Source: Methanobacteriota archaeon (GTDB lineage Archaea > Thermoplasmatota > Thermoplasmata > SG8-5 > DAIRED01). Taken from it: a stretch of 38,940 nucleotides of DNA. Below the pieces are notes generated by a model that was not told where the DNA came from, made no database searches, and saw only the letters and a program-made list of their open reading frames with translations. How positions within the stretch are numbered: position 1 is the first letter of the stretch; each line of letters opens with the position of its first letter. The stretch is from positions 1-38,940 of the forward strand of contig JAZDNO010000003.1 in assembly GCA_043799545.1 (NCBI GenBank), written 5' to 3'. Both the position numbers and the translations under genes were made by a program. Positions 24,597-34,607 of the stretch are shown piece after piece.

Positions 24597-25373
24597 TCAG
24601 CAGACGGTATCTTCAGGTATCTGGAGCCTGTTCCTGAGCGCCCGCAGCATCTGCTTCGCGGCCTCGGGAGGCTCGCCGTTGGCGTATGCTATGGCCCGCA
24701 GCTCGTCGTACAGCTCGCGCCTGTCGGGCGAACGGCTGTCCACGTCGCGGATTACTTCGGCCTCTATCCTGTCGTGGTCCTCGTGCGAGAGGCCGAGGTG
24801 CTCGCGCAGAACCTCGACGAGATGCTGCTCGGACTGGGTCAGAATGCCGCCGCGCCAGGCCGCGTGCAGGGCTTTCTTGTAGACGACCTCCCGGTTCGTC
24901 TCCTTGTCTGCCGCGCGGCGCTTCTCCTCCTCCACGCGCTCCAGCTCCGCCATGTCTAGCGAGTCGCTCTCCAGCGCGTGCCTCACGATGTCAGATAGGG
25001 TCAGGTGTGCGGACGTAGCCTGGTCTATTTCTGAGATGGGGATGTCCTTACGCTCGCCTCCATGCATTATGATTGGGACAACCTTCGAGCCAACGAACGA
25101 CTGGAGTTCGTGCGCCCGCAGCAGGCCGTCGTAGGTGAGCTTGTAAATTTTCATGCGCTGCTTCATCCCCACGACGCGCGCCGTCGCCTCCTCGGCGAGG
25201 CCGCTGGCGACGAGCTTCTGGATGTGGCGGGAGAGGTGCTTCTGCTGAACACCGACGCTGTCGGCGATTCCGCGCTGGGTCATGCCGACCGGCATCTCGT
25301 ACTTGCCGTCCGTTGACTTGTAGTCCCCTAAGTGCAGGACTATTCTCTCTTCAACTGTGAGCGAGAGGAGCAC
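24597..25373 (-). CDS. MarR-like wHTH protein with C-terminal TerB-like helical repeat
   Basis: MTQRGIADSVGVQQKHLSRHIQKLVASGLA..KIYKLTYDG, then YKKALHAAWRGGILTQSEQHLVEVLREHLGLSHEDH. Confidence 0.7.
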   Translation of the reverse strand: MLLSLTVEERIVLHLGDYKSTDGKYEMPVGMTQRGIADSVGVQQKHLSRHIQKLVASGLAEEATARVVGMKQRMKIYKLTYDGLLRAHELQSFVGSKVVPIIMHGGERKDIPISEIDQATSAHLTLSDIVRHALESDSLDMAELERVEEEKRRAADKETNREVVYKKALHAAWRGGILTQSEQHLVEVLREHLGLSHEDHDRIEAEVIRDVDSRSPDRRELYDELRAIAYANGEPPEAAKQMLRALRNRLQIPEDTVC

Positions 25374-25541
25374 GCCCCTTTATTCGCCATCATGAATATA
25401 CACTTTTCGAAAACACGTAATCATGAGATCCTACCGTTCCTCGAAGCATCACTGTCTTTAAATAATAATAATATTGGGTCGATAACCAACGATAAGCATA
25501 ATATAGTGATTTAAGCATAATGTTGTTCTAGGTGAATCTAG

Positions 25542-28500
25542 ATGAAAGAAGCGCTTTCCATCGCACTTGTCGTGGGAATGATACTCTCTACGGTTTGCGT
25601 TTCTTCTGGATTGATAGGTGCGAGCGCAATAGGAGTGGAGAAAGAAAAAATAAAGCCGATTGGAGCTACAGCTTCCGGTCTCGCCAATGATATGGTACAA
25701 TCTTATACGATTCATGCGCCACTCCGGATAAATAACAACGCAGGTTTTGCGGCATATGCGAATGGTGGTGGGGACGGGAGCGTCAGTAGCCCGTGGGTAA
25801 TCGAGGGATTGGATATCAATGGGACGGGAGTTGGATATTGTGTTTATATTGGAAACACAACAGAATATTTTATTGTGAGAGATTGTTATTTGCATAATGC
25901 TAACGGTTTATGGAATTACTCATATTACACTGGTTCAGGTATAACGTTTCGTAATGTAACAAATGGTAAGATATTAGACAGCACGACCACCTTGAATAAC
26001 AACAATGGAATATTATTCTTTTCTTCCAGTAACAACTCCATTGTTAATAGTTATGCTACATCGAACAATCAGTTTGGAATCTATTTACAAACCGATTGTT
26101 ACTATAACACAATCACCAATAATATTGCGACAAACAACCAATATGGCATCATCCTCACATATTCCTCTGATAACAATGTCATCGATCATAACAGGGTTAC
26201 CTCAAATAGTGGGAACGGCATTTTCTTAGGCGGTGATTCTGTTATTGCGGGGCCTTCCAATAACGTTATCTCGAATAATACTGTATCTTACAATGGTTAT
26301 GGTTTTGTTATCCAGTTCTCCTCTACTAACAATATTATTACTGGTAATACCGTTGCAGGTAATACGGGAAGAGGTATTCACATAATTACTTCCAGCAATA
26401 ATAATAGAATATATCACAACAATTTAATCAATAACGCTATTCAAGCCTACGATTTTTGTATCAACTATTGGGATAGCGGCTACCCGTCAGGTGGTAATTA
26501 CTGGAGCGATTATATCGGCAGTGATATCTTGATGGGCTCTGGCCAGGATGTACCAGGCTCTGACGACATCGGTGACACCCCGTACACTAGTATATTGGGC
26601 GGGATGGGCGCGAAGGACAACTATCCTTTTATTTCTTCAAATACTTGGTTATCAATGAATGGCTGGCATTACTACGACAATGATATACAAAGCAACTGTT
26701 ATTATCCGTTTCCAAGCGACACTCCCACGTCATTGTCCTCATTCGAATTACTTTGGGATATTCCGCTTTCCGGAAGTGCTAGGACGGGCGACATCGATAA
26801 TGATGGCGACATCGAAATCGTTATCATCGATACAACGAATAAAAAGCTCATCGCATATTCAGAGGGAACAGAACTCTGGAGTGCAGATCTGGGTGCGGAT
26901 GCTGGCATCGTACCAACGTGGATGGACTTCACATCTAGGAATTGCGAGCTAGCCGACTACGATATGGATGGAACTCTTGAAATTGGTATAGCCGTCAGCG
27001 AAGGCGGCACATCATCCAACGGTAAAGCGATGATGCTCTTCTATGATGGTGAAGGGAACCTTATCAAGTCTATACCGGTTCGCGATTGCTGGACCGTAGA
27101 GACAATGAAGTGTGTGGATCTCGATAACGATGGCGACATGGAGGTCCTTGCGGGATTATTAGCTGGTTACACTTTGACGCCTCGTGGCATATATGCGTTT
27201 GATTATAATACTGGGATAGAAATATGGCATTACGATGTCGCGCCGTTCATCAGAATTGGAGCCGTCGCGGACATAAACCAAGATGGGTTCAAGGAGCTGT
27301 TGCTGGAGGCATCCTCTCCATCAAATGGATATTCAGTTAATGGCACTAGTGATTCTAATACTTACATCATAGCTTTAAATTCGAATGGCAGTAAATTATG
27401 GGCACGTTTAATTGGAAACGATCATTCGAAAGTATGTGTCGCCGACCTTGAAAACGATGGCAATCTCGATATTATTGCGACACAAAACCATTGGGGGTCT
27501 TATCCTGGTCAAGCCTATGTTTATATTCTAAATCCAGATGATGGTACTAATCTAAAAATGCATCCCGGTCCAATTAATCAAGGTTACGGTTGTCCAGCCA
27601 TATGCGATATTAATGATGATGATGTGAAAGAAATAATGATATTGTCAAATGACGGTTATTTATCAGTCTTTGACAGTAATTTAAGTTTAATTAACAGCAT
27701 TGCTGCGAACTACGGTTATCTCGCAGCAAACGACATCAATGGCGATGGAAATATTGAGATAATTGTTACATCTGATGCATCTAATCAGGCAACGATATAT
27801 AATGGAGAACTAACCAAGTTGTGGAATTATACTACAAGGGGAAAAATCATAATCTCTGATCTAACGGGTGATGGAATTAATGAAATTATTACCGCGGAAG
27901 TTTCTAGAATAGCAATAATTGGCTATAAAGAAATTATAAAGATCTCCCCGTCTCCACCCATCAATCTTCTTACAACCCCATATTATTCGTTCATATCGCT
28001 AAGTTGGAATCCTCCTGCGTCTAACGGTGGTGCTCCTATCACAGCTTATAACATTTATCGCGGAACAGCTAGCAATGCTGAATCGTTCCTTGCTTCTGTA
28101 AGTATCCTCTCTTATTATGATTACTCGCTGTCTGTAGGCCAAACATATTTCTATAAAATAACCGCTGTTAATTCCATCGGAGAAGGTGCTTTCTCCAATG
28201 AAGCTAACGCTTCCTTCAGAATGTCTACGCCGGAAGTCCCACAGAACGTTATCGCCTCCAGTGGGAGTAAATATGTAAACCTCTCGTGGAACGCCCCGAC
28301 ATTCGATGGAGGATATCCTGTCACTAACTACAAGATTTATCGTGGGACTTACACCGGTGGCGAGAGTCATTTCGTTACGGTCGGTGATATTCGTTATTGC
28401 AATGACACTCCTCTCACAAATGGCCAGCAATATTTCTATCGGGTTAGCGCGGTGAATTCCAAAGGTGAGGGACCGAGATCTGATGAAGTACATTCAATAC

Positions 28501-31500
28501 CTAACGGAATCCTATCCGCGACGGTTCTGGTCGCCCCGACATCTGTGAAATCGGGACAATCCAGCGTTGTTCTAATTACTGTCGTTGAAAAAACCGAGCC
28601 TATTATTGGCGCACAGGTCATCTTTTCGGGGGGAACCTTCTCGGTCAAGAATGGATTGACAGACAGTAAAGGCCAGCTTACTACAACGTTTTATGCCCCG
28701 CAAGTAACAAAAATAACCACAATGTCTTTCACAGCGATTGTAACGAAATTAGGTTACAACCAGATTGTGAGGTCGTCAACGATTACAGTCATTCCATTCA
28801 CGGTGACCGATTGGCCCTCATATCATGGGGGGGCGACACGCCAGGGTTATTCCCCCGACGGCGGCCCGACAAAGGGTACGCAGATATGGTCGTATACGGC
28901 TGGTGCCGAGATTCGTAGCTCTCCTTCACTTGTTGGCAACAAAGTGTATTTTGGATCATTGGACAAATACGTCTATTGCCTAAATGCATCAAACGCTGCA
29001 TTGATATGGAAGTATAACGCCGGCGGTGTCATATATGCATCGCCCGTGGTCTCGGATGGTAAGTTATTCTCCGGGACGTATGATGCATACCCAGCGATAA
29101 ACAAAGTATTCGCTTTGGATGCAAAAACTGGCACACTATCTTGGTCGAAATCGTTATTGGCTGGAGATGACCTCATTGCATCGCCAGTCGTTGGAAACGG
29201 CAAAGTGTTCTTTGCCACACGAAATAAGGTTATTGCGTATACCACTACCGGCATTCTGGTATGGGAGTTGAGCATCGGCAGTTCGCCTGGTGGTTCTCCA
29301 TCTTATGACAATGGTGTAGTGTACGTACCTCGTGGGTCATCATTGGTGGCCATTAAGGAATCCAATGGCCAGACAATATGGGCATCATACAGCGGTATGG
29401 GAATTGTTGGTGCGCCAGTCATATTCGATAATACCATTATCGCGTCTTCAGCAGATGGTAAAATGGCTTCCTTGAATAAATTGACGGGTCAACAGAATTG
29501 GAAAATTCAATTCAGCAACAATAAAATAAGCGTCACGCCAGCATTCGTTAACAATCGCATCTATGTAGGGAGTATCGATGGAAAATTCGCAAGTATTTAT
29601 GCTAATAACGGCACGTTGGAATGGAAGTATCAAGTACCGAGCGGTAACGGATTCATGCGTTCGCCAGTAATCACAGATACGCATGTGTACACTGCCGTGC
29701 CGCCGGATAAAATTTACGCGTTCCACCGTAATAACGGCACCGTCGCTTGGACGCAATCGATGCAAGGCCTGTATGTTCCAGAGTACCTTTATCTGTCAAG
29801 CGCTTTAAGCGGCGGGCGTCTTTTCATTCAGTCTGATAAATCAATATCATGCTATCAGGACGCGCAACCATTACCGTATCTCCTAGCGCACGTGAAAATA
29901 CAGGAGAAAGCTGCTTCAGGAGAAACCGTCCCTGTAACAATAAATGTGACATCAACCGAAGGTTTGAACATTGGTATTTCTGGCGTCTCGTTCACGTTGT
30001 CTACAACTGGAGGCATATTGGGAGTAAGTTCAGGTACGACCAACAGCAAAGGCGAATATGCAACAACATTGAAATTGCCCGAGTTTTCGCAAGAAACATA
30101 CGTCTATGTAAGCATCGCCGCGAATAAGGTCGGCTACACTTCTGGGACTGGGTCTGGTGGAGTACTGGTCACTCCCGCCCCGGATTTCGCATTCAATCCA
30201 TCTCCCTCGCCCGAAACACGCATTGTGGTAGCGGGCGAGGTAGCGATTTACTCCATCGACCTGGAGGCGCGCAACGGTTTGAAGTCCGGTGTGACGTTGA
30301 AGGTCTCCGGTGTGCCGTCCGGTTGCACGGTTTCATTCACACCGAATCCGATAACTCCGACTGGGACAAGCTACCTGAACGTGGCAACAAAGGGAACGAC
30401 GCCCAAGGGAACTTACACTCTCATTATTACCGGTACAATGGGCACGAGAAGCCATTCGGTGACAGTATGGATGGTCGTCAATCCGCCCGCGAGTCTAGAT
30501 TTCGCATTCAATCCGCTACCGTCACCCTCGACGCAAACGATTACCCAAGGCAGCGGTGCGACTTACACGATTTCTATCACTGCTATAGGTGGATTCTCGG
30601 ACATTGTTGGGCTATCTGCTAGTGGTGTTCCGACCGATGCGGCGGCGAATATAATCCCCAGCTCGATAGCACCAGGCGGGACAAGCAAGATGACCGTTTA
30701 CACGTCAAGAATAACGCCGCTTGGGGAATATACAATCACAATCAGCGCCATGGGCGGGGGAAAAGCGCATACCGCGACCGTTACTATGGTTGTAGTTCCA
30801 GAAGCCGCCAAAACCGTGCCCGTGCATTTCGACGTTTACAATTTTGAGACAATGGTGCGTATTCTAGGAGCAAAAGTCACGGATGAGACCGGCAACTCTG
30901 CAAAGACAGACTCGAACGGAATGGCAACGTTGTACTACTTGCCAGGTAGCTATAAGACAGTAATTACTGCGGACAAGTATCGCACGAAGGACGTGACGAT
31001 AACAGTATCGAGTGTCGGTTTCACGCAACCGTGCCCGATGGAATTATTAAAACCATATGCTGGGCTGGATGCTTCGCCTTATTCTGGGGCGGTGCCTCTA
31101 ATGACAACGTTCACAGCTTCTTTGTTTAACAACAACGGAGGAAGCCCGATAAGGGATTACACATGGGTAGTGAATGGTGTTACGAAAATATCTACAGCAT
31201 CGACATATCAACAAACGTTTGTGGAAGTTGGGATTTTTACGGGAAAGGTAGGAATCACGACGATGGATGGGGCGATATATTGGAGCAACGAAATAACGGT
31301 TTATGCGACTGAATTGGGCGGACCTGTCGGAGCGATGCAATTAGATGTGCATCTCCATGATATAGGGTCGATGCTACAAGTAAAAAATAACCGAGCGATT
31401 GGTTATTATAATGCTGGGATTGGCAAAGTAGAGACCAGTATGACCTTAGAAAACCTACAATTGAGTTCTGGTGTGGCCAACTTCATTGGTTCTTTGTTAC

Positions 31501-32852
31501 CTATTGAAGTTTGGTATGAGGTTTGTTATAAGGATTATAATGCCAATCAGGATATTGCTTACTCGGGTTACTTGATTCCAACCGATGGAGAAATTACGGT
31601 AACTTTAAATTTACAACAACAAATCGGTAGCATACCAACGCTTACCACAATTGAATATCGGGCGATAACATTGAAGGCCATAATCGCAGATATTGTCAAT
31701 ATAATATTAAGTCTCGCGTTTGACAAACTATCGGAACGATTAGGAATTGAATCGGGCACACTCACCCAATTATTCTTTACTTTTGTAACGGAATCATACC
31801 GAGCGCTAATTAACAACGGTTTTTCAGAATCCAACATATATTCTCGTATCAATGACGCAGGTAATTTAATATGGGATACAATATCGAACACTCTATTCAA
31901 TCCTGAATTCTGGATTGATGCAGGTGTCAGTGTCGCTATAGATGCAATAAAAGATGCACTTGGCGGGATAATTCTAGATCTAACTGCACAACTAACAATC
32001 CTGACGATATCATTCGCGAGCGCAAATACAATCTCTAATATTGCGACTTTTTTGAAAAGAGATACTGCTCAAAAAAGTGGGAAGCCATCCATTGAACGAG
32101 ACGTGGAGGATTCCTTTAACGATGTGTCCGCAGCATTGACACATGCGTTTCTAGATGGAAAAAGTGCGGCAATATTATGGGTTAATAATTCGAATTACGA
32201 ATATGTTTATATTGGTGAATACGCGCTTCCGATAGTAACGAACAACATCAAGCTTAGTAGCCAAGTTGAATGTATTAATTCGATGAAATCGGTTTCTATC
32301 GTGATTAGCTCCAATTATTACCAATTAATAAAAACGTATTCTAACACAGCCACAATCGAAATGCTTCTAGCATCGTTAAATGTTCGAGGGAACATTACCG
32401 GCACCTTAACAAATACCTCAACCGGTTTCCAATTCCGCGGCAGCGCACCGATGGATAAAAATGAAAAACCTTACAACCTGAGTTATTCAATAGTCAATGG
32501 CACGACCTACATCGCTTACAAAGTCTCTGGCGTTGGAAAATACGATGAATCTAATTGCGAATACACGATCGACATGCCTACATTAAATGCGATTAAAAAC
32601 ACGTCCCTTGAGATCCGATTGGGCAAGCGTATGCATCTTAATAACGCGTCTTCCCTGTTAATGGTCAACAGTGATGGTAATTTAAATTACATTCAACCGG
32701 ACTACATCCACATCACTTATTCCGATGGATCCATTATCGAAATTCGGCCACATATTGTCGTAATGCCGCTATCAGTAATTGCTCTGGCAATGATATTCGT
32801 ATTTACAAGAAAGATAAGACGGAAAGAAGACCCGCCAATGTTGAGTTCGTAA
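25542..32852 (+). CDS. 2436-aa membrane-anchored surface protein: NosD/CASH beta-helix, FG-GAP/VCBS propeller, 2x FN3, PQQ-type propeller, Ig-like/PKD domains, C-terminal TM helix
   Basis: Signal-like N-terminus. NNxxGIxL repeats. DIDNDGDIE, DLDNDGDME and DINGDGNIE repeats. Two W..P..GG..IT.Y.IYRG..Y.V.AVN..GEG domains. SSP/ASP WxY repeats, two DFAFNP repeats, and a hydrophobic helix followed by RKIRRK. Visibly AT-rich. Confidence 0.88.
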   Translation: MKEALSIALVVGMILSTVCVSSGLIGASAIGVEKEKIKPIGATASGLANDMVQSYTIHAPLRINNNAGFAAYANGGGDGSVSSPWVIEGLDINGTGVGYCVYIGNTTEYFIVRDCYLHNANGLWNYSYYTGSGITFRNVTNGKILDSTTTLNNNNGILFFSSSNNSIVNSYATSNNQFGIYLQTDCYYNTITNNIATNNQYGIILTYSSDNNVIDHNRVTSNSGNGIFLGGDSVIAGPSNNVISNNTVSYNGYGFVIQFSSTNNIITGNTVAGNTGRGIHIITSSNNNRIYHNNLINNAIQAYDFCINYWDSGYPSGGNYWSDYIGSDILMGSGQDVPGSDDIGDTPYTSILGGMGAKDNYPFISSNTWLSMNGWHYYDNDIQSNCYYPFPSDTPTSLSSFELLWDIPLSGSARTGDIDNDGDIEIVIIDTTNKKLIAYSEGTELWSADLGADAGIVPTWMDFTSRNCELADYDMDGTLEIGIAVSEGGTSSNGKAMMLFYDGEGNLIKSIPVRDCWTVETMKCVDLDNDGDMEVLAGLLAGYTLTPRGIYAFDYNTGIEIWHYDVAPFIRIGAVADINQDGFKELLLEASSPSNGYSVNGTSDSNTYIIALNSNGSKLWARLIGNDHSKVCVADLENDGNLDIIATQNHWGSYPGQAYVYILNPDDGTNLKMHPGPINQGYGCPAICDINDDDVKEIMILSNDGYLSVFDSNLSLINSIAANYGYLAANDINGDGNIEIIVTSDASNQATIYNGELTKLWNYTTRGKIIISDLTGDGINEIITAEVSRIAIIGYKEIIKISPSPPINLLTTPYYSFISLSWNPPASNGGAPITAYNIYRGTASNAESFLASVSILSYYDYSLSVGQTYFYKITAVNSIGEGAFSNEANASFRMSTPEVPQNVIASSGSKYVNLSWNAPTFDGGYPVTNYKIYRGTYTGGESHFVTVGDIRYCNDTPLTNGQQYFYRVSAVNSKGEGPRSDEVHSIPNGILSATVLVAPTSVKSGQSSVVLITVVEKTEPIIGAQVIFSGGTFSVKNGLTDSKGQLTTTFYAPQVTKITTMSFTAIVTKLGYNQIVRSSTITVIPFTVTDWPSYHGGATRQGYSPDGGPTKGTQIWSYTAGAEIRSSPSLVGNKVYFGSLDKYVYCLNASNAALIWKYNAGGVIYASPVVSDGKLFSGTYDAYPAINKVFALDAKTGTLSWSKSLLAGDDLIASPVVGNGKVFFATRNKVIAYTTTGILVWELSIGSSPGGSPSYDNGVVYVPRGSSLVAIKESNGQTIWASYSGMGIVGAPVIFDNTIIASSADGKMASLNKLTGQQNWKIQFSNNKISVTPAFVNNRIYVGSIDGKFASIYANNGTLEWKYQVPSGNGFMRSPVITDTHVYTAVPPDKIYAFHRNNGTVAWTQSMQGLYVPEYLYLSSALSGGRLFIQSDKSISCYQDAQPLPYLLAHVKIQEKAASGETVPVTINVTSTEGLNIGISGVSFTLSTTGGILGVSSGTTNSKGEYATTLKLPEFSQETYVYVSIAANKVGYTSGTGSGGVLVTPAPDFAFNPSPSPETRIVVAGEVAIYSIDLEARNGLKSGVTLKVSGVPSGCTVSFTPNPITPTGTSYLNVATKGTTPKGTYTLIITGTMGTRSHSVTVWMVVNPPASLDFAFNPLPSPSTQTITQGSGATYTISITAIGGFSDIVGLSASGVPTDAAANIIPSSIAPGGTSKMTVYTSRITPLGEYTITISAMGGGKAHTATVTMVVVPEAAKTVPVHFDVYNFETMVRILGAKVTDETGNSAKTDSNGMATLYYLPGSYKTVITADKYRTKDVTITVSSVGFTQPCPMELLKPYAGLDASPYSGAVPLMTTFTASLFNNNGGSPIRDYTWVVNGVTKISTASTYQQTFVEVGIFTGKVGITTMDGAIYWSNEITVYATELGGPVGAMQLDVHLHDIGSMLQVKNNRAIGYYNAGIGKVETSMTLENLQLSSGVANFIGSLLPIEVWYEVCYKDYNANQDIAYSGYLIPTDGEITVTLNLQQQIGSIPTLTTIEYRAITLKAIIADIVNIILSLAFDKLSERLGIESGTLTQLFFTFVTESYRALINNGFSESNIYSRINDAGNLIWDTISNTLFNPEFWIDAGVSVAIDAIKDALGGIILDLTAQLTILTISFASANTISNIATFLKRDTAQKSGKPSIERDVEDSFNDVSAALTHAFLDGKSAAILWVNNSNYEYVYIGEYALPIVTNNIKLSSQVECINSMKSVSIVISSNYYQLIKTYSNTATIEMLLASLNVRGNITGTLTNTSTGFQFRGSAPMDKNEKPYNLSYSIVNGTTYIAYKVSGVGKYDESNCEYTIDMPTLNAIKNTSLEIRLGKRMHLNNASSLLMVNSDGNLNYIQPDYIHITYSDGSIIEIRPHIVVMPLSVIALAMIFVFTRKIRRKEDPPMLSS

Positions 32853-32879
32853 TCAGGGTGTCGATCACGTTTCAATCAT

Positions 32880-34607
32880 CTAACCGACCCGCCCGAACAT
32901 CCTCTCCAAGTCCCGTTTCGACAGCGCTATGGCGACCGGCCGCCCGTGCGGGCATGTGTACGGCACCTTGAGCCTCCGCATCTCGGATATCAGGCGCTCC
33001 ATGCGCTCCAACGTGAGGCGCTCCCCCGCCCGTATGGCGGCGTGGCATGCGACCCTGTGCAGCAGCTCGTCGCGCCGCGCCTCCATCGCCTTGGCTTTCC
33101 CCACGCGCTCCAGGTCGTCGACCAGATCGTGCAGGCGTTCGGCGCTCTCCAGCTCTCCGGCCACGACCGGCACGGCCCTGACCAGGACCGCCCTTGAGCC
33201 GAAAGGCTCCATCTCGAAGCCCAGCTCCGAGAGCATCGGCGCGAACTCCCTGACGCGGGCAAGCTGGCCCGGCTGCACGTCGATGGATATGGGCGAAAGG
33301 AGGCTCTGCCTCGCGTGCGAAACGTCGTGCGATTTCAGCGCCTCGAAGACGACGCGTTCGTGCGCCGCATGCTGGTCGAGGAGGAAGAGCCCGTCCGAGT
33401 GCTCGACGACGACGTACGTGTCGAGAACTTGGCCAATGGCGCGCGAGTCGCGCGGCAGGGGAAGTTCCCCGTCTGCGGCTTCTGCCCTGCGTCGTTTTGC
33501 GGCAGCACCGTCTCCGGAAACGGCCAGCTTTGCCTGCTTGAGCGCGGCAGGGGCGAGCGGCTCGACCCCAGCGGGGCGCTCGGTCGGCTCCCTGCGCTTC
33601 ACAGGCTCGGGTATGAGCCTCGCCTTCGACAGGGCTTCGCGCACGCCTTCCTTGACGAAATCGTAAACGGCCAGCTCGTCACCGAACCGCACCTCGCGCT
33701 TCGTCGGATGGACGTTAACATCTACGGCGACCGGCGGAACCGCGAGGCTCAGCACGACGACGGGGCGGCGCTCCTTCATGACCAGCCCCCGGTAGCCGTC
33801 TTCCACGCCCTCGGCCAGGATTGCGGACGACACCGGCCTCCCGTTGACGAAGAAGAGCTGGTGCTGCGCCGACGAGCGCGTGACGGAAGGCCGCGCGACG
33901 AATCCGCCGAGTCGCATCTGGCCTCTCGCGCTCTCGACCGGAAGCATCTCAGACGCCCTGTCCTTGCCTATGACGTCCGCGATGGCGCGCAGCAAGTCGC
34001 CGTCGCCGCGCGTCCTGAAAAGCTCCTTTGCGTCAGAGATGAATGTGAACGAAACGCCTGGGTGGGCGAGCGCCGTCTTTGCGACGATGTCGCTGACGTT
34101 GGCCAGCTCCGCCCTCGCGCCGCGCATGAACTTGCGCCTGACCGGCACGTTCTCGAAAAGGTCGCGGACGTAGACGGACGTTCCAGGCTCGCGCGCCGCC
34201 TGCTTGACCGAAGCGAGCTTGCCGAAGTCTATTGAAACCATCGTTCCAACGTCGAGCTCGACGCTCCTGGTGAGCAGCTCGACCCGCGCCACCGCGCCGA
34301 TGCTGGACAGCGCCTCGCCGCGGAAGCCGAGCGTGCGGAGCGAGTCCAAATCCTCTATCCGGGCGAGCTTGCTGGTCGCATGGCGCTCGAAAGCCAGCTC
34401 CGCGTCGTCGGGGGCCATCCCGCAGCCGTCGTCGGAGACGCGGATGAGCGCCTTCCCGGCGTCCTTCAGCTCGACGGTCACAGCCTTGGCGCCGGCGTCG
34501 AGCGCGTTCTCCACCAGCTCCTTGACGACGGAGGCCGGGCGCTCGACCACTTCGCCGGCTGCGATTTTGTCGATTGTGCGCGGGTCGAGGAGCTTAATTA
34601 TCGGCAT
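32880..34607 (-). CDS. mutL: DNA mismatch repair endonuclease MutL
   Basis: KIAAGEVVERPASVVKELVENALDAGA, LGFRGEAL, DVNVHPTKREV, DQHAAHERVVFE, ACHAAI, CPHGRP. ATG 34607 follows the SD GGTGAGG. Confidence 0.96.
   Translation of the reverse strand: MPIIKLLDPRTIDKIAAGEVVERPASVVKELVENALDAGAKAVTVELKDAGKALIRVSDDGCGMAPDDAELAFERHATSKLARIEDLDSLRTLGFRGEALSSIGAVARVELLTRSVELDVGTMVSIDFGKLASVKQAAREPGTSVYVRDLFENVPVRRKFMRGARAELANVSDIVAKTALAHPGVSFTFISDAKELFRTRGDGDLLRAIADVIGKDRASEMLPVESARGQMRLGGFVARPSVTRSSAQHQLFFVNGRPVSSAILAEGVEDGYRGLVMKERRPVVVLSLAVPPVAVDVNVHPTKREVRFGDELAVYDFVKEGVREALSKARLIPEPVKRREPTERPAGVEPLAPAALKQAKLAVSGDGAAAKRRRAEAADGELPLPRDSRAIGQVLDTYVVVEHSDGLFLLDQHAAHERVVFEALKSHDVSHARQSLLSPISIDVQPGQLARVREFAPMLSELGFEMEPFGSRAVLVRAVPVVAGELESAERLHDLVDDLERVGKAKAMEARRDELLHRVACHAAIRAGERLTLERMERLISEMRRLKVPYTCPHGRPVAIALSKRDLERMFGRVG

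Noticed and set aside
32740-32852. PEF/PGF-CTERM archaeosortase signal on the giant protein
   Set aside because: A TM helix and basic tail are present, but the signature tripeptide is not (IIEIRPH).
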